Of a stretch of 64,000 nt of DNA, positions 39,694-53,945 are shown piece after piece (the stretch's first letter is position 1; each line of letters starts with the position of its first letter). The stretch is from the human T2T-CHM13v2.0 reference genome, Homo sapiens, in the NCBI RefSeq assembly GCF_009914755.1, contig NC_060926.1; one strand, written 5' to 3'. The position numbers and the translations under genes were made by a program. The notes beneath the pieces were generated by a model that ran no database searches, was not told the origin of the DNA, and saw nothing but the letters and a program-made list of their open reading frames with translations.

Positions 39694-40844
39694 TCCCAGG
39701 ATGAACTCTTAATCTGTGAACCGCATATTATCATTAATCAATAATGGGGAGTAAGAAGGACTTATTAATTCACAAGGGAAAAGGAAACCCACAGACTGGC
39801 TTAGTGAACAGAAACTGTTCACTAAGTTTTGGATGAGCTGTGGGTTACAAGAAACCCCAGTCCCACCCCAAGTCTTCAGATACTGCTCGCCCCTGTTACG
39901 GTCACCTGGGACTATGCTGCCACATCCATGAGTTGTACCTTTGAGTGAATGTGCTCTGTCAGTTGACAGTAATGGGGTCAACCAGGGCAGATGCTTTCTG
40001 ATAGGCTGAAACCACCAGGATATTAAAAGATTAATGCCTCTGATTCTGCAACAATCAGGAACCCTTTGACACAATCCAAAGAAATGAAACCAAGCAGATT
40101 GGAATGCTGGAACACTGGAGATTAGAGATAAAGTTAAGTAATGTGCTTCTTTCTCGGCAGGGTTTCAAACCTACACTCTGTGCCAAGGTTGGTACTTGGT
40201 AAGATTTTACTCTATTTGTTACCAACAGTCCTAAGAGACAGTTGTTCTTTTCCCCATTCTAGGCTGAGGATATACTGGCTTGGATGGTGTGGTAATTTAC
40301 CCAAGATTATATAGCTATAGGTGGTCACACTGGGATTTTAACCCACTTTTCCTTGGCTCCAAAACTCATACTTTGAAAAATTTTATCTGCTGTTTCAGTG
40401 AACTCAACACAAAGACTTAGCTATTGTTAAACTCCAGCAGATAATTCGTCCTAGCAAAGACAGTCTTTCCCTATAATCCAGGGTGAGAAAACCCTCATGT
40501 GTCTAGACCCACAGATTCTGCCCCAATCTTCAGGCCATCTTATTCCAGTCTTGCAGAAGGCTCCTTCCCCATATCTAGAAGTCACTATGTCAACCAGTTC
40601 CTGTAGGTTAGCTGTTTATAAAAGTTGCTTGTATTGCTCACTAAAGCTTTTCACCAACTTTTTGTGGCCAGGCTTCATGCTTTCACTGATGGCCTTGTGG
40701 ATTCCATGATCACTGCCCACTATTAGTGTCTGTTCCTGAGACTCCTCCTGTCACTAAGTGCAGTATTTTTATCACTACATAATATTTCACCCCTAAAGAA
40801 TACTGCAGCCCTAGAATTTGTTTCATGGATTTTATCTTTAAATT

Positions 40845-41395
40845 CTGCTCTCCCATGTTCATTGCAGCATTATCTACAATAGTCAAGTCATGAAACTAAC
40901 CTAAGTGTTCATTAGCAGATTAATGGATAAAAAGTGCACAGTATAAAAACACAACAGAATCTAGTCAACCTTGAAAAAGAAGGAAATTCTGTCATTTGTG
41001 ACAACATAGATTAACCTGGAGGACATTATGTCAAGTGAAACAAGCCAGTCACAGAAAGACAAATGCTACACAAACTCACTTATATGTGGAATCTAAAAAA
41101 TTCAAATTCCTAGAAGCAGGAGGTAGGATGGTTGTTGCCAGGAGCTGTAGGTGTGGGGAGGGGTGGGAGATGTTGGTCAAAGGGTACAAAGTTTCACTTA
41201 GAAAGGCGGAATAAGTTCTAGAGATCTTTTGTACAGCAAGGTGACTATACTTAACAATAATGTATTATATACTTGAGAATTGCTGAGAGTAAGATTTAAA
41301 TATTTTTACCATTTCACACTGTATACATATATCAAAACATTATGTTGTACTCCACAAATACATACAATTTATATAGACCAATTAAATAAACAATA
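40845..41395 (+). mobile_element. L1MA-type 3' end
   Basis: CCCATGTTCATTGCAGCATTAT…GGAGGACATTATG…GGTCAAAGGGTACAAAGTTTCA…AAATAAA. Confidence 0.85.
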
Positions 41396-44049
41396 AAATT
41401 TTGTACTAATTAGAAAAACCTTATTCCTGACACTAAGATAATAGTTTCAAACAAGGTAATTATTGGATGCATTCAGATCTGTTCTTTGTCTTCACGCTGC
41501 AAGATTCATCCCCAAATCCAGACTGTAAGCTCTTTTTACCCAATAGGGATAGACAGAAGGTTAGGTTTGACAAGTGTATACCCAATTCCATTATTTTTCA
41601 CCACTGATTATCACTGACTAGTGCTCAGTGATGGGACCCTGTCCGACTGGCTTCGGAGGATCCCGTTGGTAGGCAAGGACCAGTGCTTGTACATACCTGC
41701 TTTCATTGTCAGCTGTATAGAAAACCACAGTAGTAAATGCTTTGTTTTATTCTCAAGTTCTCATGAGTTTGAGAACTTAGGCCTGCTGCTTGGCTTGGTT
41801 GTGAGGCCTGTCTTTGGGTCTCCTGTATCTTCTATTTCAGCTATTGTCTTGACTCAGAGGACCTGCTTGCTTGGGTTTAGAGAGGCAAAATAATTTGTTC
41901 AATGTCCAGTGCCTTACAGTCTTGCCTCTCTTCTGCATCAACAACGGGAGCTATCAAAAAAGGACACAGAGTATTCTGAGGCTTTTCACACTGAGGCAAT
42001 TAATCAATGTAGTGTTCTAGCTCTCAAAAATAATTAGCCTTTCAAGGAATGAAGCCTTAAATATTTAAATTTTGTTTTAAAAGCAGAACTTTTGGTTTAC
42101 TAAATGAAATCTTACATATGATTTTAATATGTAAAATAAATTACAAGAGCGGCTTTGAAGAAAATAGAATGAAGGGCCTAGAATCCTACCACCCAGCCTG
42201 CCCTTCTTCTGATTCTTCATGTAGGTACCGTGTGAAGACTTCTGCCTTATTCTTAATTGCAGGAATCTCTAAGCCTACAATTTCACGCAAAAGCAACTAG
42301 GTACAAGAACATTTGAGGAAGAGTGGGGATGGAATCCCACCTCAGTCATGGTCCATGCCTGGCTGGTGCACAGCAGCAGAGCCACACTGGGTGTGCCCCA
42401 CCTGCCTCTGCTTGTATTGGTCCGGGAGCTGATGTCCAGGCTGGGAAATACTTCAAATATGATCTCTGCCCTAAGTTACACTAAATAAGCAGACGCTTTA
42501 TTCTAAACCATTGTAAATCTGATATATCTTGCTACCATTCATATGAGTGTCAGGGCAAGACAATCTTATTGGAATTTACTGATTTGAAAAGATGGTAGCT
42601 TGTCAAATACTTGTGTCCTTATCTTGATATCCTTAGTTTGTGGTTAATAGCTGTTTGTATTTTAAATAACTGTTTTGTGAAAGCCCTTGCATTATCTACC
42701 TGCATTCCAGGCATTCCCTTGGGACCTCCTCCAAAAAAGGAATCTCATGTTAGCTGTGATTAAATTGCCCATATATAGCACAGTAAATGGCAAAATAACT
42801 ACTTAATAAATTGAATTGAAGCACAACAGGTTAGGTGAAACCCAAGCATAGACAGAAAGCCTGGATGAGGGATAATACGGGGCAAACCCCTGAGTGTTGG
42901 CTTATAGTGCAGTGCTCCCTCCACCGCTTCAAGCCTCTGTCTCCCAACATCTGTGAAATAAATGGACCTTTGGGCTCCATCAGCGAGGCTATCTCAGTGC
43001 TCCCTGATGTTAAGTAATGTGAGTAGAAGTGATGAAAGTATACAAATTAAATAAAATTGTCACACACCTGGATTCAGTCTTCATTTCTGATTCTGGTCAG
43101 AATATTAATTTTAAACACATCCTTGAGTGTTTACTTCGGGTGCCATTCATCACAAAATCCTTTTATTTAGGTCTACACTGCGCTCTCTCCTCCCCCCAGT
43201 GAATCCCAAATGTCCCTGCTTTGTATGGGTAATAAAATTTAATATGAGCAATAATTAAATATAGGATGGTATATTTAATGGATTACTCAAAATAATTTAC
43301 TAATATTAAATAGTATGCACACATATGCATGCTCAGATTTTTAATGATTTATTTTTAGTTTTTTTTCATGGTTAGTGCACCTGGTGGAATTGTACATGTG
43401 CATATCCGCTATGTAAACCACTTGTTCTGGTAACTGTCAAGATTTATTATCCCCCAAGGTCAATATTGACTTAGGTGTCACCTTTGTGAATATTTACCTC
43501 TCTAGATGATGAATTGAAATGGTCATTTGGATGGAAATTAATATCTACTTATTTTCTGAAATCAAATGCTGTTGGGAGGTGTGCAGACATGCTCCACCGT
43601 GTCTGCTTGTTTCAGGGTGGCGTTCAATAATCATTCTTTGCATTCTGATTTACTGTGGTTATTTTTATACCTCTTTCACATGGTTCTTTTGCCTAACAGA
43701 TAGACTGTGAACTTCAAATGTATTCGGCTTGACATTTCAATACCACAATCAGGAGATCGTGATATTTGATCATATGGATAGTAAGTACACATTGGATTAG
43801 TGAGCACCTTGGCCTTGGAGTTTATTTAGGGCAAGATACTGTTACCTGAAAAACACAAAGCTCCTTCAACAATTATCTAATTATATAAAGAATACAGGAA
43901 GAGACATAAAATTACACAGTAGTTCCTTTGGTTTTGAGGTATTGATTCGTCGTTTTCAGATAACCTTACAGTATGCCATGTGTTTTGTAAATATAATGTG
44001 TTTGTACATATATATATGTATGTTCATACAAATATAATATGTTCAATTC

Positions 44050-44084
44050 TGTGTGCCTGTGTGTGCCTGTGTGCCTCTGTATGC

Positions 44085-44128
<44 letters not shown>
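44050..44128. repeat. (TG)n microsatellite preceded by GTGTGCCT units
   Basis: Seen directly. Confidence 0.95.
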
Positions 44129-44130
<2 letters not shown>

Positions 44131-45056
44131 CAGTGCTTACTTCTTTACTGGCAGAAGACAGAGACATCTTTGGTAGAGAGCTTTTAATATATCAAACCAC
44201 AAATTCTAAAATTGTGAGACTACAATAGAAATATTTCCTGTTGTTCTTATTATAACTGTTGCATTAATTTTGCGTACTGGGTCACAATATATATACTGAG
44301 AAATGTTCAACCTTAAAATAAGGCATTTAAATACAAGTATAATGGTGACAGTTGCTGTATTTTGTTGTATATGAGTGGAATTCATCTATGCTTTTCTATA
44401 CAAATATTCATAGGCAGTGCATTCTTGGTTTTGTCCTTTACAAACAAGGAGTATTAGTTTGTCATCCCCACAAATCTTTCCTAGCCATGAATGGTCTGAG
44501 AAAAGACCTGGACTTAGGCAAACATATCATAATTAAGCACAGACTGTGGCTTAGTAGTCAAGGGAATCAACCACTGTAAAAATTCATTAGTAAAGTTAAT
44601 CCAAAAAACATCTGAGCAACTGAAACAAAATCAATCCTAGGGGAGAATGCATAACTCTATTGATGTTCTCACCCTTGTTGATACATTGTTTAGAGTAAAG
44701 ATTTCTATGTCTTCTGCATAAATATCAACTTTTGTTGGCAAATTCAATTTGACTTATTGGGTTCCTATAGCTAAGTGTTTTGTGGTTCATCAGGAAATGA
44801 TGTCATTTTGTGTATGAGGAAATAAAAATACCTCACTTGATGGCCAATGAAAGTCTCATTTTACACACCATCCACTGCTTTTATGTGCTGGGAAGGTTTG
44901 AGTCCTAGAAGAAGCCAAAGACATTGGGTGGTTTCTTCATGCATTATTTGCATGTGTATAGGCACACATCCTACACATAGCAAACATATACACTTACTGT
45001 CAATTAGTTTAGTTTGTGCTTCTTTTTTTAAAAAGGAATTAACGTGGAGTCAGATT

Positions 45057-45286
45057 AGTGGTTTTCAATCAGATGTAACTTTGCCCCAGGGGACATATGG
45101 TAGGGTCTGGAGACATTTTTGGTTGTCACAGCTTGGGGGTTTCTATTGGCATATAGTGAATAGAGATCAGAGATATTGGAAAGGAACATTCTACAACACA
45201 CATTGTATTATATGTTGTCTTTTGTCTCCCACAACAGATAATTATGTAGCTCAAAATGTGAAGATAATCAAGGGTTGAGAGACTAG
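45057..45286. mobile_element. MER20 DNA transposon
   Basis: AGTGGTTTTCAA…GCCCCAGGGGACAT…TCTGGAGACATTTTTGGTTGTCACA…GGTTGAGAGAC. Confidence 0.85.
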
Positions 45287-45329
45287 TTTAGATCTATTAG
45301 TGATTTATGCATCATGATGTGTCAAATTA

Positions 45330-45630
45330 CATATATATATATATAATTTGAGACAGAGTCTCACTCTGTTGCCCAGGCTGGAGTGCAGTGGGGCCATCTC
45401 ACCTCACTGCAACCACCATCTCCTGGGTTCAAGTGATTCTTCTGCCTCAGCCTCCGAATAGCTGGGATTACAGGTGTGAGACACCATGCCCAACTAATTT
45501 CTGTATTTTCAGTAGAGAAGGGTTTTCACCATGTTGGCCAGGCTGGTCTTACACTCCTGACATTAGGTGACCCACCTGCCTCGGCCCCGCAAAGTGCTGG
45601 GATTACCGGCATGAGCCACCATGCCCAGCC
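45330..45630 (-). mobile_element. AluS with (AT)n-converted tail
   Basis: Antisense Alu dimer whose tail is replaced by ATATAT. Confidence 0.9.
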
Positions 45631-46247
45631 AATTAAAAATTTTTAAAAGAGGTTTTCTTCCAGCATTTAGACTTATAGAAAGATATATAAAATAGAAGAG
45701 AAATATGATGACATATACTTTCATCCTGGTTCTGCTTACTGGCTATATAAATTCCTTTTCATTATTTCACACCTTTACCCAAAAAAGGTGATGATACCCT
45801 CCCCAACTATTTTCTATTGTGAATAACATGAGATAAAGAATATTTTTAAGAAGGTGTAACCATGATTTTGCTGAAATCATATTTATTATACTTTTCATTA
45901 TTTGGAGGAGTAATGGCCTGGCTGTACTGTCCTCATAGGCTTTAGACAGACAAGGATAACATGGAGGACATGGGCACAGTGCAAAGAGGGACTGAGGGTA
46001 CATATCCTGGACTTGGGGTACGTATCCTGGACTAGGAACTGCAAAGGTAAATTTTATACCAGTTTTAGGTTTTCAAAGCGTTTTTAAGGTTGGTTTAAAT
46101 TTCTACCTCTGTTTAAAAATTATCTGGTCAGGACATCTTTTGGCAGGGTGCATGTGCTATAATGCAATCACTGAAGTCTGTTTATAGTAAAGCACATTCT
46201 GTCAAATTTTTTCTTTTTGTAGACCCCCTCTTGCGTAAGCGTAACTC

Positions 46248-46253
46248 TCTATC

Positions 46254-46296
<43 letters not shown>

Positions 46297-46302
46297 ATCT
46301 AT
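46248..46302. repeat. (TATC)n / GATA tetranucleotide STR
   Basis: Seen directly. Confidence 0.95.
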
Positions 46303-46614
46303 GTTTGAAAAATGGGATAAAAACTAAAGGTGCCGAAGTTGCCTATGCTTTGGAGGTGACGTAACTACGTGACTCAGGAAAGGCCATGAACCAATCTATT
46401 TAGATGACACTCTCTACCTTATTTAGAGCTCAAAGATCAGTTAGATAATAATCCTGGCTTTGATTGCTTATCTTCTCCAGTCCAATATTCAATTTTTAAC
46501 ATCAATTACATTAGAAATAGTCTTTAATTTGTCTTTTCAATGGAAAGAAGATGGATGGCCTTGGTCTCTACTGGATGTCTGCCTTTTGATAAAGGAAAGT
46601 GATAAAATCAGAAG

Positions 46615-47130
46615 TAAGAGACTGCTGGGTTGGGAAAAGGACCTTGGAAGTGATGTAGTCCAGCCTACCCTGCATAATGTATATAGATCACCACATTCCC
46701 TAAAACATTCCAGATAGTTGACTATTCTATTTTACTTAACCTCCTAAGTGAAGAGGTGGGACCTCACAAGACAGCTCAGTTCCTCAACAAAAATTATAGT
46801 TGGTAGGACATTCTTTCTTCCACTGTACATAAGTCTGCTTCAAGTACCACCAAACCACTCTCCTTAGCTCTACTCACTGGACATCTCAAACCAAGCCTTC
46901 TTTGTCTTCATCATAATTATTCCACAAATACCTAACGATAGCCACCACACTTCTCTCAATCTTTTCAATCTTTTTATATCTTCTTTTACTTAATTTTTTC
47001 TATGACATGATTCCTTTCCCTTGGACTTCCCATCATCATGTTCTCCTATTTGTAGTGTATTCCATTTTGCCAATGTTTTCTTTAAAATATGATGTCTGGA
47101 ATAGAATGCAATCCTGATTTGTTCTTACCA
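46615..47130 (-). mobile_element. L3/CR1-like LINE fragment
   Basis: GGTTGGGAAAAGGACCTTGGAAG..ATGTAGTCCAGCC start, followed by CR1-like antisense sequence. Confidence 0.55.
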
Positions 47131-48353
47131 ACCTGTGTGGGCTACAATGTGATGGTCATAAGGAATCCTGGGTGGGAGAGAAGATTCAGTGAAGTTTACA
47201 ACAACATAAACCTCAAAGTCTAAAATGAAAGTACCAAAAAATTGTGTTGTGGAAAGGACATTGTCTCTACTTTCTCTCACTCACTCTTTCACTTACTTGG
47301 CCCTCAACTAATGTAAATCAGTCTCTTTACTTTTTTCAGGGATAACTGGTACAATTTTGGGTTTCTCCCAAATTAAGTGAACTTTGAACTCACATCTTAC
47401 CTTTATCTGCCCAGATCTTCCCCATGGGCCGGTTCTTGTCCTCTCTTCTCTAGTCTTAATTAGTATGACTGTCCTCTAAATCCTTAATGCTTGTACAGTA
47501 TACATTACATCTTTAAGCCCTGTATTATATGCTGTCTTTTATTGGCTTCCACTTCTATTTTCATTCAGAGTACATTGAACTGCAATCAATGAGAAGAATT
47601 ACATTTAATATAGCCTCTGTCTATAGCAATAGGAGTACTGCTTACGGTGTGCCAGATCTTATCATTGACATACATTACTACTAATCTGGCTCATGACCCT
47701 ATATGGTTAATACCATTATTCTTACTTTTTAGATGAATAAATTTATGTTTAGAGTGTCCAAGTAACTTTCTTAACTTTATACAATTATTAAATAGTTTGC
47801 CTGAAATCCAGCCCTGGTCTCTGAACCCAAAGTACTGTGTCCTTTACGCTGGAGAAAAGATTTCACAACCCAGGTAGGATGTGAGCTCCTAGCAGTTTGT
47901 CAATATATCATTCTAATTAATTGGGGGAAATTGTATTCATTTTACAAATATTTTTAGAACACCAATTCTAAACCAGGAACTGGTCTTAGATATTGGTAAA
48001 GAAAGACATTCAATTTCTGAATATAAACCATGGCTATTTTTTTTCAAACTGTGGACTACAGAGAGTCCCACAGGTCTTGGGTTCCACCTTCCCACGGCCA
48101 CCCTTATGGAGGTGATGATTTATATTGGCTCTTTTCTGATAGTTCCCCAGTGTGCTTTTTCTCTTGCTTAAATATTTCATAAAGCCATATGGTTGCTTAT
48201 ATCTCCTCAACTGTCATGATGGTGGATGCTGTGAAATGATCTTGGCATGTTTGAGGACACATATCCTTCAGGTTGACCTTATCTCAGAAACTAAACTTCT
48301 TAATTGTAGCTGTAATCCCAACCCCGCCACAGACGGAAGCAATGGTAGTGAGG

Positions 48354-48355
<2 letters not shown>

Positions 48356-48392
<37 letters not shown>
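48356..48392. repeat. (CA)n microsatellite
   Basis: Seen directly. Confidence 0.95.
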
Positions 48393-48394
<2 letters not shown>

Positions 48395-48681
48395 AATAAG
48401 TGAGGCCCATCTTCCTGGAATGTCAATTTCATCCAAAGAGTAAGAAATACACATTATGTGTATATCTTAAAAAATACAAATATGTTCTGGAGTAGAATAC
48501 AAAATTTCAGGAAACTTTCAAATAAAACATGAGATTTCAAATATGTCTCTGGCTCCAAAATGTGTTCACAGAAACTTGATATCAATGAATTCACTGTTTT
48601 CCCACTTCAAGATGCCTCAGGGAAAAAGCAAACAAGCAAGCTTAATAACAAATACCCCTGATTCAATTTCTGTGGGTCTAG

Positions 48682-49062
<381 letters not shown>

Positions 49063-52000
49063 TAGATAGTGTTACAACACAGAATGATGTTATAGTTGTA
49101 TGTAATGTCTTATCTCTTAACACCCTCCGATTTTAAAAATGCACTGTGTAGACAATAATAATATTAATAACCTTCTTTTTATTCTAATGACAGTTTTTAG
49201 ACAATCTCTATTACTGGCTTTATGTGTTGGGGAAGAAGGTAGAATGAAGTAATATTGACAGAAAGGCCATTCCTCCACTTCCCCCTTGGCAGGCCTCTCA
49301 CAGAGAGTCTTGCTATGGGTGCCACATTAGGACCCTTAAAAATTCACATTCTTTGTTTAAGAGGTGTTGTGAATCCCCTGAAATTGTGCACTCATCACTG
49401 TGCGTATATCTGCATATTTGCATTTTTCTTGGATAAAGGTATTTATATTTCACCCAATTTCCAAAACGCATCCATGACCCAGAAAAGATGAAGAAAGAAA
49501 GGCTCTGAGAGCCTCATTACCCTGAACATCCTCAGGGAGGGGAGGAGGGGACAGCTTTATTCTAGATGCTGGAAATTTAACCTAAATGTGCCTGAGTGGT
49601 GTGCCCTTTTCTAGCACCTGACGGAGTGAGTGTGAGCTCTGGGGTGCTGAAGAGAGTGGGAAAGAGCCCCCCAAAAGGGAAAAAGTCTTCTAGAAAATAA
49701 AAGACAATGACAGAAAAGGAAAACTTCAGAGATGTCACAATTTGCCAGTGGCAAAGTAGGCACATTGCAAACAATCTGGAATTAATAGGAATGAACATTT
49801 TTAATACAAAGAATACAGATTTTGAAGAAATTACTCAGAGCCTTTCCCTTTGTCCTTTCCTCCACCTCCCCTGAGATCTGCTCACAAAAGAGAGAGAAAA
49901 AAAAAAAAAAAAACAGAGAATAACAGGTTAATATCTAGAATTTGCAAGGCTCTGAATAGCCACCTGACAACAGCCGCCTCCTGCTGAGAAACCACTGAAG
50001 CTTAATCATTTTCCTTTGCATCAGAAAGAAGGTGGCTGAAGTATTCATTTTTTCCTTGAAATGTCAGGTGCCCACAGCAATTAACTAATCATGTTCCTAC
50101 CAGGTCAAGTTGCAAGAAAAGAAGACGATTGGGTTTTTAATGCTAAGGGGACATTTTAGACATTTTCGTACAAGAAAAGAAGACAATTGGGTTTTTAATG
50201 CCAAGGGGACATTTTAGACATAGGGATTAAAAAATGGTTTCATAATGACAAAAGCTCCACTGACATGCCTCAACATCCCCTGAGTGATACCATGCCTTGT
50301 ACAGAGGAAGTGAAGAAAGGCTGAGGCTGGACTGGGAAAGGAGATGTAGCCTTGGGCACACATTTTTTTCTTGAGTGAAAACATGGCCTTGAATGGCCAT
50401 TAAGGTCTCCAATTGTAAGAAATTTCTTTGATACAGAAATCTGAGAAATTCCTAGAACAGCTTTGAGAGAGCGGCTTGTTCAAATGATCCATCTTAAGTA
50501 TCAATCACAGCCTAAGAATCGAGTGTTTACTAGATAACAGCAAAAATAAGACCAAGACAAGTGATGAGGATGGCCTAACATTTATCCAACACTTACTACA
50601 GACTAGAAACAATACCGAGCTATTTACATCTATTAGTGCCTTAATCTTCATAATAACCCCACATGGTAAAATATGCTGAATGTTTACAGGTAAGGAAATA
50701 GAGGCACCGAAGGGTAGTCACATAGCTGGAAAGTGAAATGTCCACTCAGGGAGACTGCCTCTAGGACTTACAGTCTTCAAGTCAGAAGGTCAGTGTTTAG
50801 ATCCTTATTTTACAGAGGAGAAAGTGAAACTGGGACAGGTGAAGTATCTTACCCAAGGCTTATCACTGGTACACAGAGAGCTTGGACGGATCTGGCCAAA
50901 GCCAAGTTCTGTCCGACTTCACATACATTTTCCCATTCAACATCACTTCACATGACCTGCATATTGTGTATAATCATATTGGAATTCATCCCTAGGAGAG
51001 ATACTGGATTCTAACACTGGTGCCTAAACCCAATCAAGTAGTAAGGCTGCAGCCCAACTGAACCTCATTAATTCTGTTGCTCTGGAAGCACTCCACGCCT
51101 CCTGCGATGACCTCCATGTTATCTAGGTTTTCTCTGTGTCCCTGGTGCATGAAAAAGTGCAGTCAGTGACTCAGCTGTAAATGGTTCAAGGTACAGACTC
51201 CTTACTCAGCCCTCCTCTCTTTTTTCAGCTCTATCGTTCCTTGCACTCCATGGTATTTATTGAGTGTCTGTTGTGTGTAGACAGTGTTCAATAGTGGTAA
51301 AGAGCTAGTACCTGCCTTCATGCCACTTAGACCCAGGATCAGGGAAGCCCAGAGCATTGTTTCTGGTGCTCTCAGTGTCTTTATACTGCTCCTCTAGCAC
51401 AAGCATGCACATGTGCATACACACACTCAGGCACATGCACACGCACACACACAGGACTTCTTTGCTTAGCTCCGTCATAAACATTTCCAAGCTACACTGA
51501 AACATTCATTTCTTTATTTTATTTAGCACGATTTCTCTGTGTCTCTAACACATTCTGCCTGTTTTACTAGTATTCTTGTCATATGCATATCTTTAATCTT
51601 CCCCAAATAAATTGCTCCTTGAAGCTAGAGACACTTGCTACCCATCTATGTTGTTCTGTTTAAACTGGCAGCATGGTGTCATGGGGGAATGCTTTCCAGA
51701 ATCAAACAGAACTGGAGTTAACCAGCTCTACTCTAGGAATGTCAGCTTGAGTAACCTCTTAACTATCCTATTTCCTGTCAGTAAAATGTGAGTTCTTTTC
51801 TTCCTCGTATATTTTGAGCACATTCTTGACAGTTAATACTGATATGCCATTTAATGGTTGCTCTTTCCTTTGCGTCTCCATTTAGTAAGTGTCCATGAAA
51901 GAGTTTTATTGGTTTCTCCCAAGATATTACCTGATAACATTTTGTTTGTTTCTAATTTCTGTTTAGAGATTTGTTAACTTGGTTGGAGTGGTCCATTGGA

Positions 52001-53186
52001 CATTTGAGGGCTCTCTATACACTTTCTTAAATTGTTTGCCAAATTGTTTTTGTGCCCTGTTGCATTCATCATACTTTCAAAGGAATACAAATTCAAAAAT
52101 GAAAAGATTAATGAGTATCTTTTTTGTTGGTAAATATGCTTTCTTTTTAGGCAGTCTTTTATTCCCCCTTTAACCCGATTCACCTAGATGGAAGTATTGA
52201 CAGTGTGCATGCTCAGACAGGGAGCTAGTGATAAACGGGGTCATCCAAGGTTATTTGAGTCCCCAAGAATGCTAACCATTTTGGATGTCCTCATAAGTAT
52301 ACAGCAGAAATTGGACACAGTGTCCTTGAAGAATATCACTAAGGCAAATATTTACACACATTTATTTTTATGAGTGTTATGCAATACGTTAGGTTACATC
52401 AAATGCAAGTTTGTTTTTCTTTCTTTAATGGCAGTTTTCTCCAATGCTTTTGATATATCAATGTGCAAGGGAGGATGTCTAAAACTGGGATAGTATAGTG
52501 CTTCCCCCATTTGCTTAGCCAAATATCTCATCTCACGACCCAGGCTTGCTGCTCTGCAGAGGTCACTTTGAGAAACGCTGATTTCAGGGCTTTTTGCTTT
52601 ATCACTGTTAACGTCCCTATGATCTCCTTCATTTGGTACCACAACAAGACTCTGAGTTTTTGTCCTTTTATTCCCTTTGAATGTCTGCGGCAACAAGGAA
52701 ATGAGGTGGGAAACTATTCATTGCCATCAGGAAGGCTTCATGTTGCTCTGTGTCTCTGGAGGCTGCAATACGAATGCCTCAGAAAGGCACACCGCTTACT
52801 CACATCCCAAGAGACATGCAGAGGTGGCAGTAGTTCCTGTCTAAGTCTTAAAGATGATGTTCTTGCTAGGAATGATTCTGGTGTTGATTTTCAACCTGAA
52901 CAGTCAAAACTTTTATGTATAACTTAGACTTTTCAGTATACAGAACTATATTTTTTAAACCATAATAAAATTATCAGGCCTACTTTACTTCCTATTAGAG
53001 GAAAACAAAATAATAAAAATTACCAGTTTAAGGGTCAATGCATCTGAATTTAAACACAGGCTCTATCACTCATTAGCCTTGTTACCTTCTGAGCTTCAGT
53101 TTCTTTACTGTAACATGAAGGTAATGATACCTACCCCGATGATTAAGGAGAGGGCTAAAGAAGCTAACAATTGCATTATACCTAAA

Positions 53187-53553
53187 TTAATATGTTTTGG
53201 CTTCTATAATAAAATACCATAGCCTAGGTGATTTATATACAACAGAAATGTATTTTTTACAGTTGTAAAGCCTGGAGAATCCTAATCAAACTCTGAGTCA
53301 GGCAGATTCAATGTCTAATGAGGGCCTGCTTGCTTCTTGGTTTATAGATAGAAACTTCTTACTGTAATCTCACATGGTGGAGGGAGCGAGAAAGCTCTCT
53401 GGGGTTTCTTTCTTAAGAACACTAATCCCATTCATGAGGGCTCTGCCCTCATGATCTAATCACCTCTCATAGTTTCTACTTCCTAATAGTGTCACCATGG
53501 GGATGAGGATTTTAATATGAATTTTGGGGTACACAAATATTCAAACCATAGCA
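53187..53553 (-). mobile_element. MaLR solo LTR (MLT1A0-like) inserted in a MIR
   Basis: AAAATACCATAG…CTCACATGGTGGA…CACTAATCCCATTCATGAGGGCTCTGCCCTCATGA…AACCATAGCA. Confidence 0.85.
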
Positions 53554-53644
53554 ATACCTTAAGCATACTACTTAATATCTAGTAGCTGTTCACTCATTGA
53601 TAGATATTCTTAATACAATTGTTATTATTAAGAATAAAGAAATG

Positions 53645-53945
53645 GGCTGGGCATGGTGGCTTATGCCTGTAATCCCAGTAATTTGGGAGGCCAAGGCAGG
53701 TGGCCTCACTTGAGCCCAGGAGTTTGAGGTCAGCCCCGGCAACGTGGCAAAACCCCATCTCTACGAAAATACAAAACATTAGCTGGGTGTGGTGGTACGT
53801 GCCTGTAGTCTCAGCTACTCAGAAGGCTAAGGTGGGAGGATTGCTTGAGTCCGGGAGGTGGAGGTTGCAGTGAGCCAAGATCTCAACAGTGCACTACAGC
53901 CTGGGAGACAGAGCGAGGCCCTGTCTCAAAAAATAATAAAAAAAG
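53645..53945 (+). mobile_element. AluJ
   Basis: CACTTGAGCCCAGGAGTTTGAG and GGGAGGATTGCTTGAG; TSD AAGAATAAAGAAAT. Confidence 0.9.

Noticed and set aside
52394-52927. Overlapping 138-aa (+) and 100-aa (-) ORFs
   Set aside because: No similarity to CNTNAP5 exon 2 or any protein I recognise.
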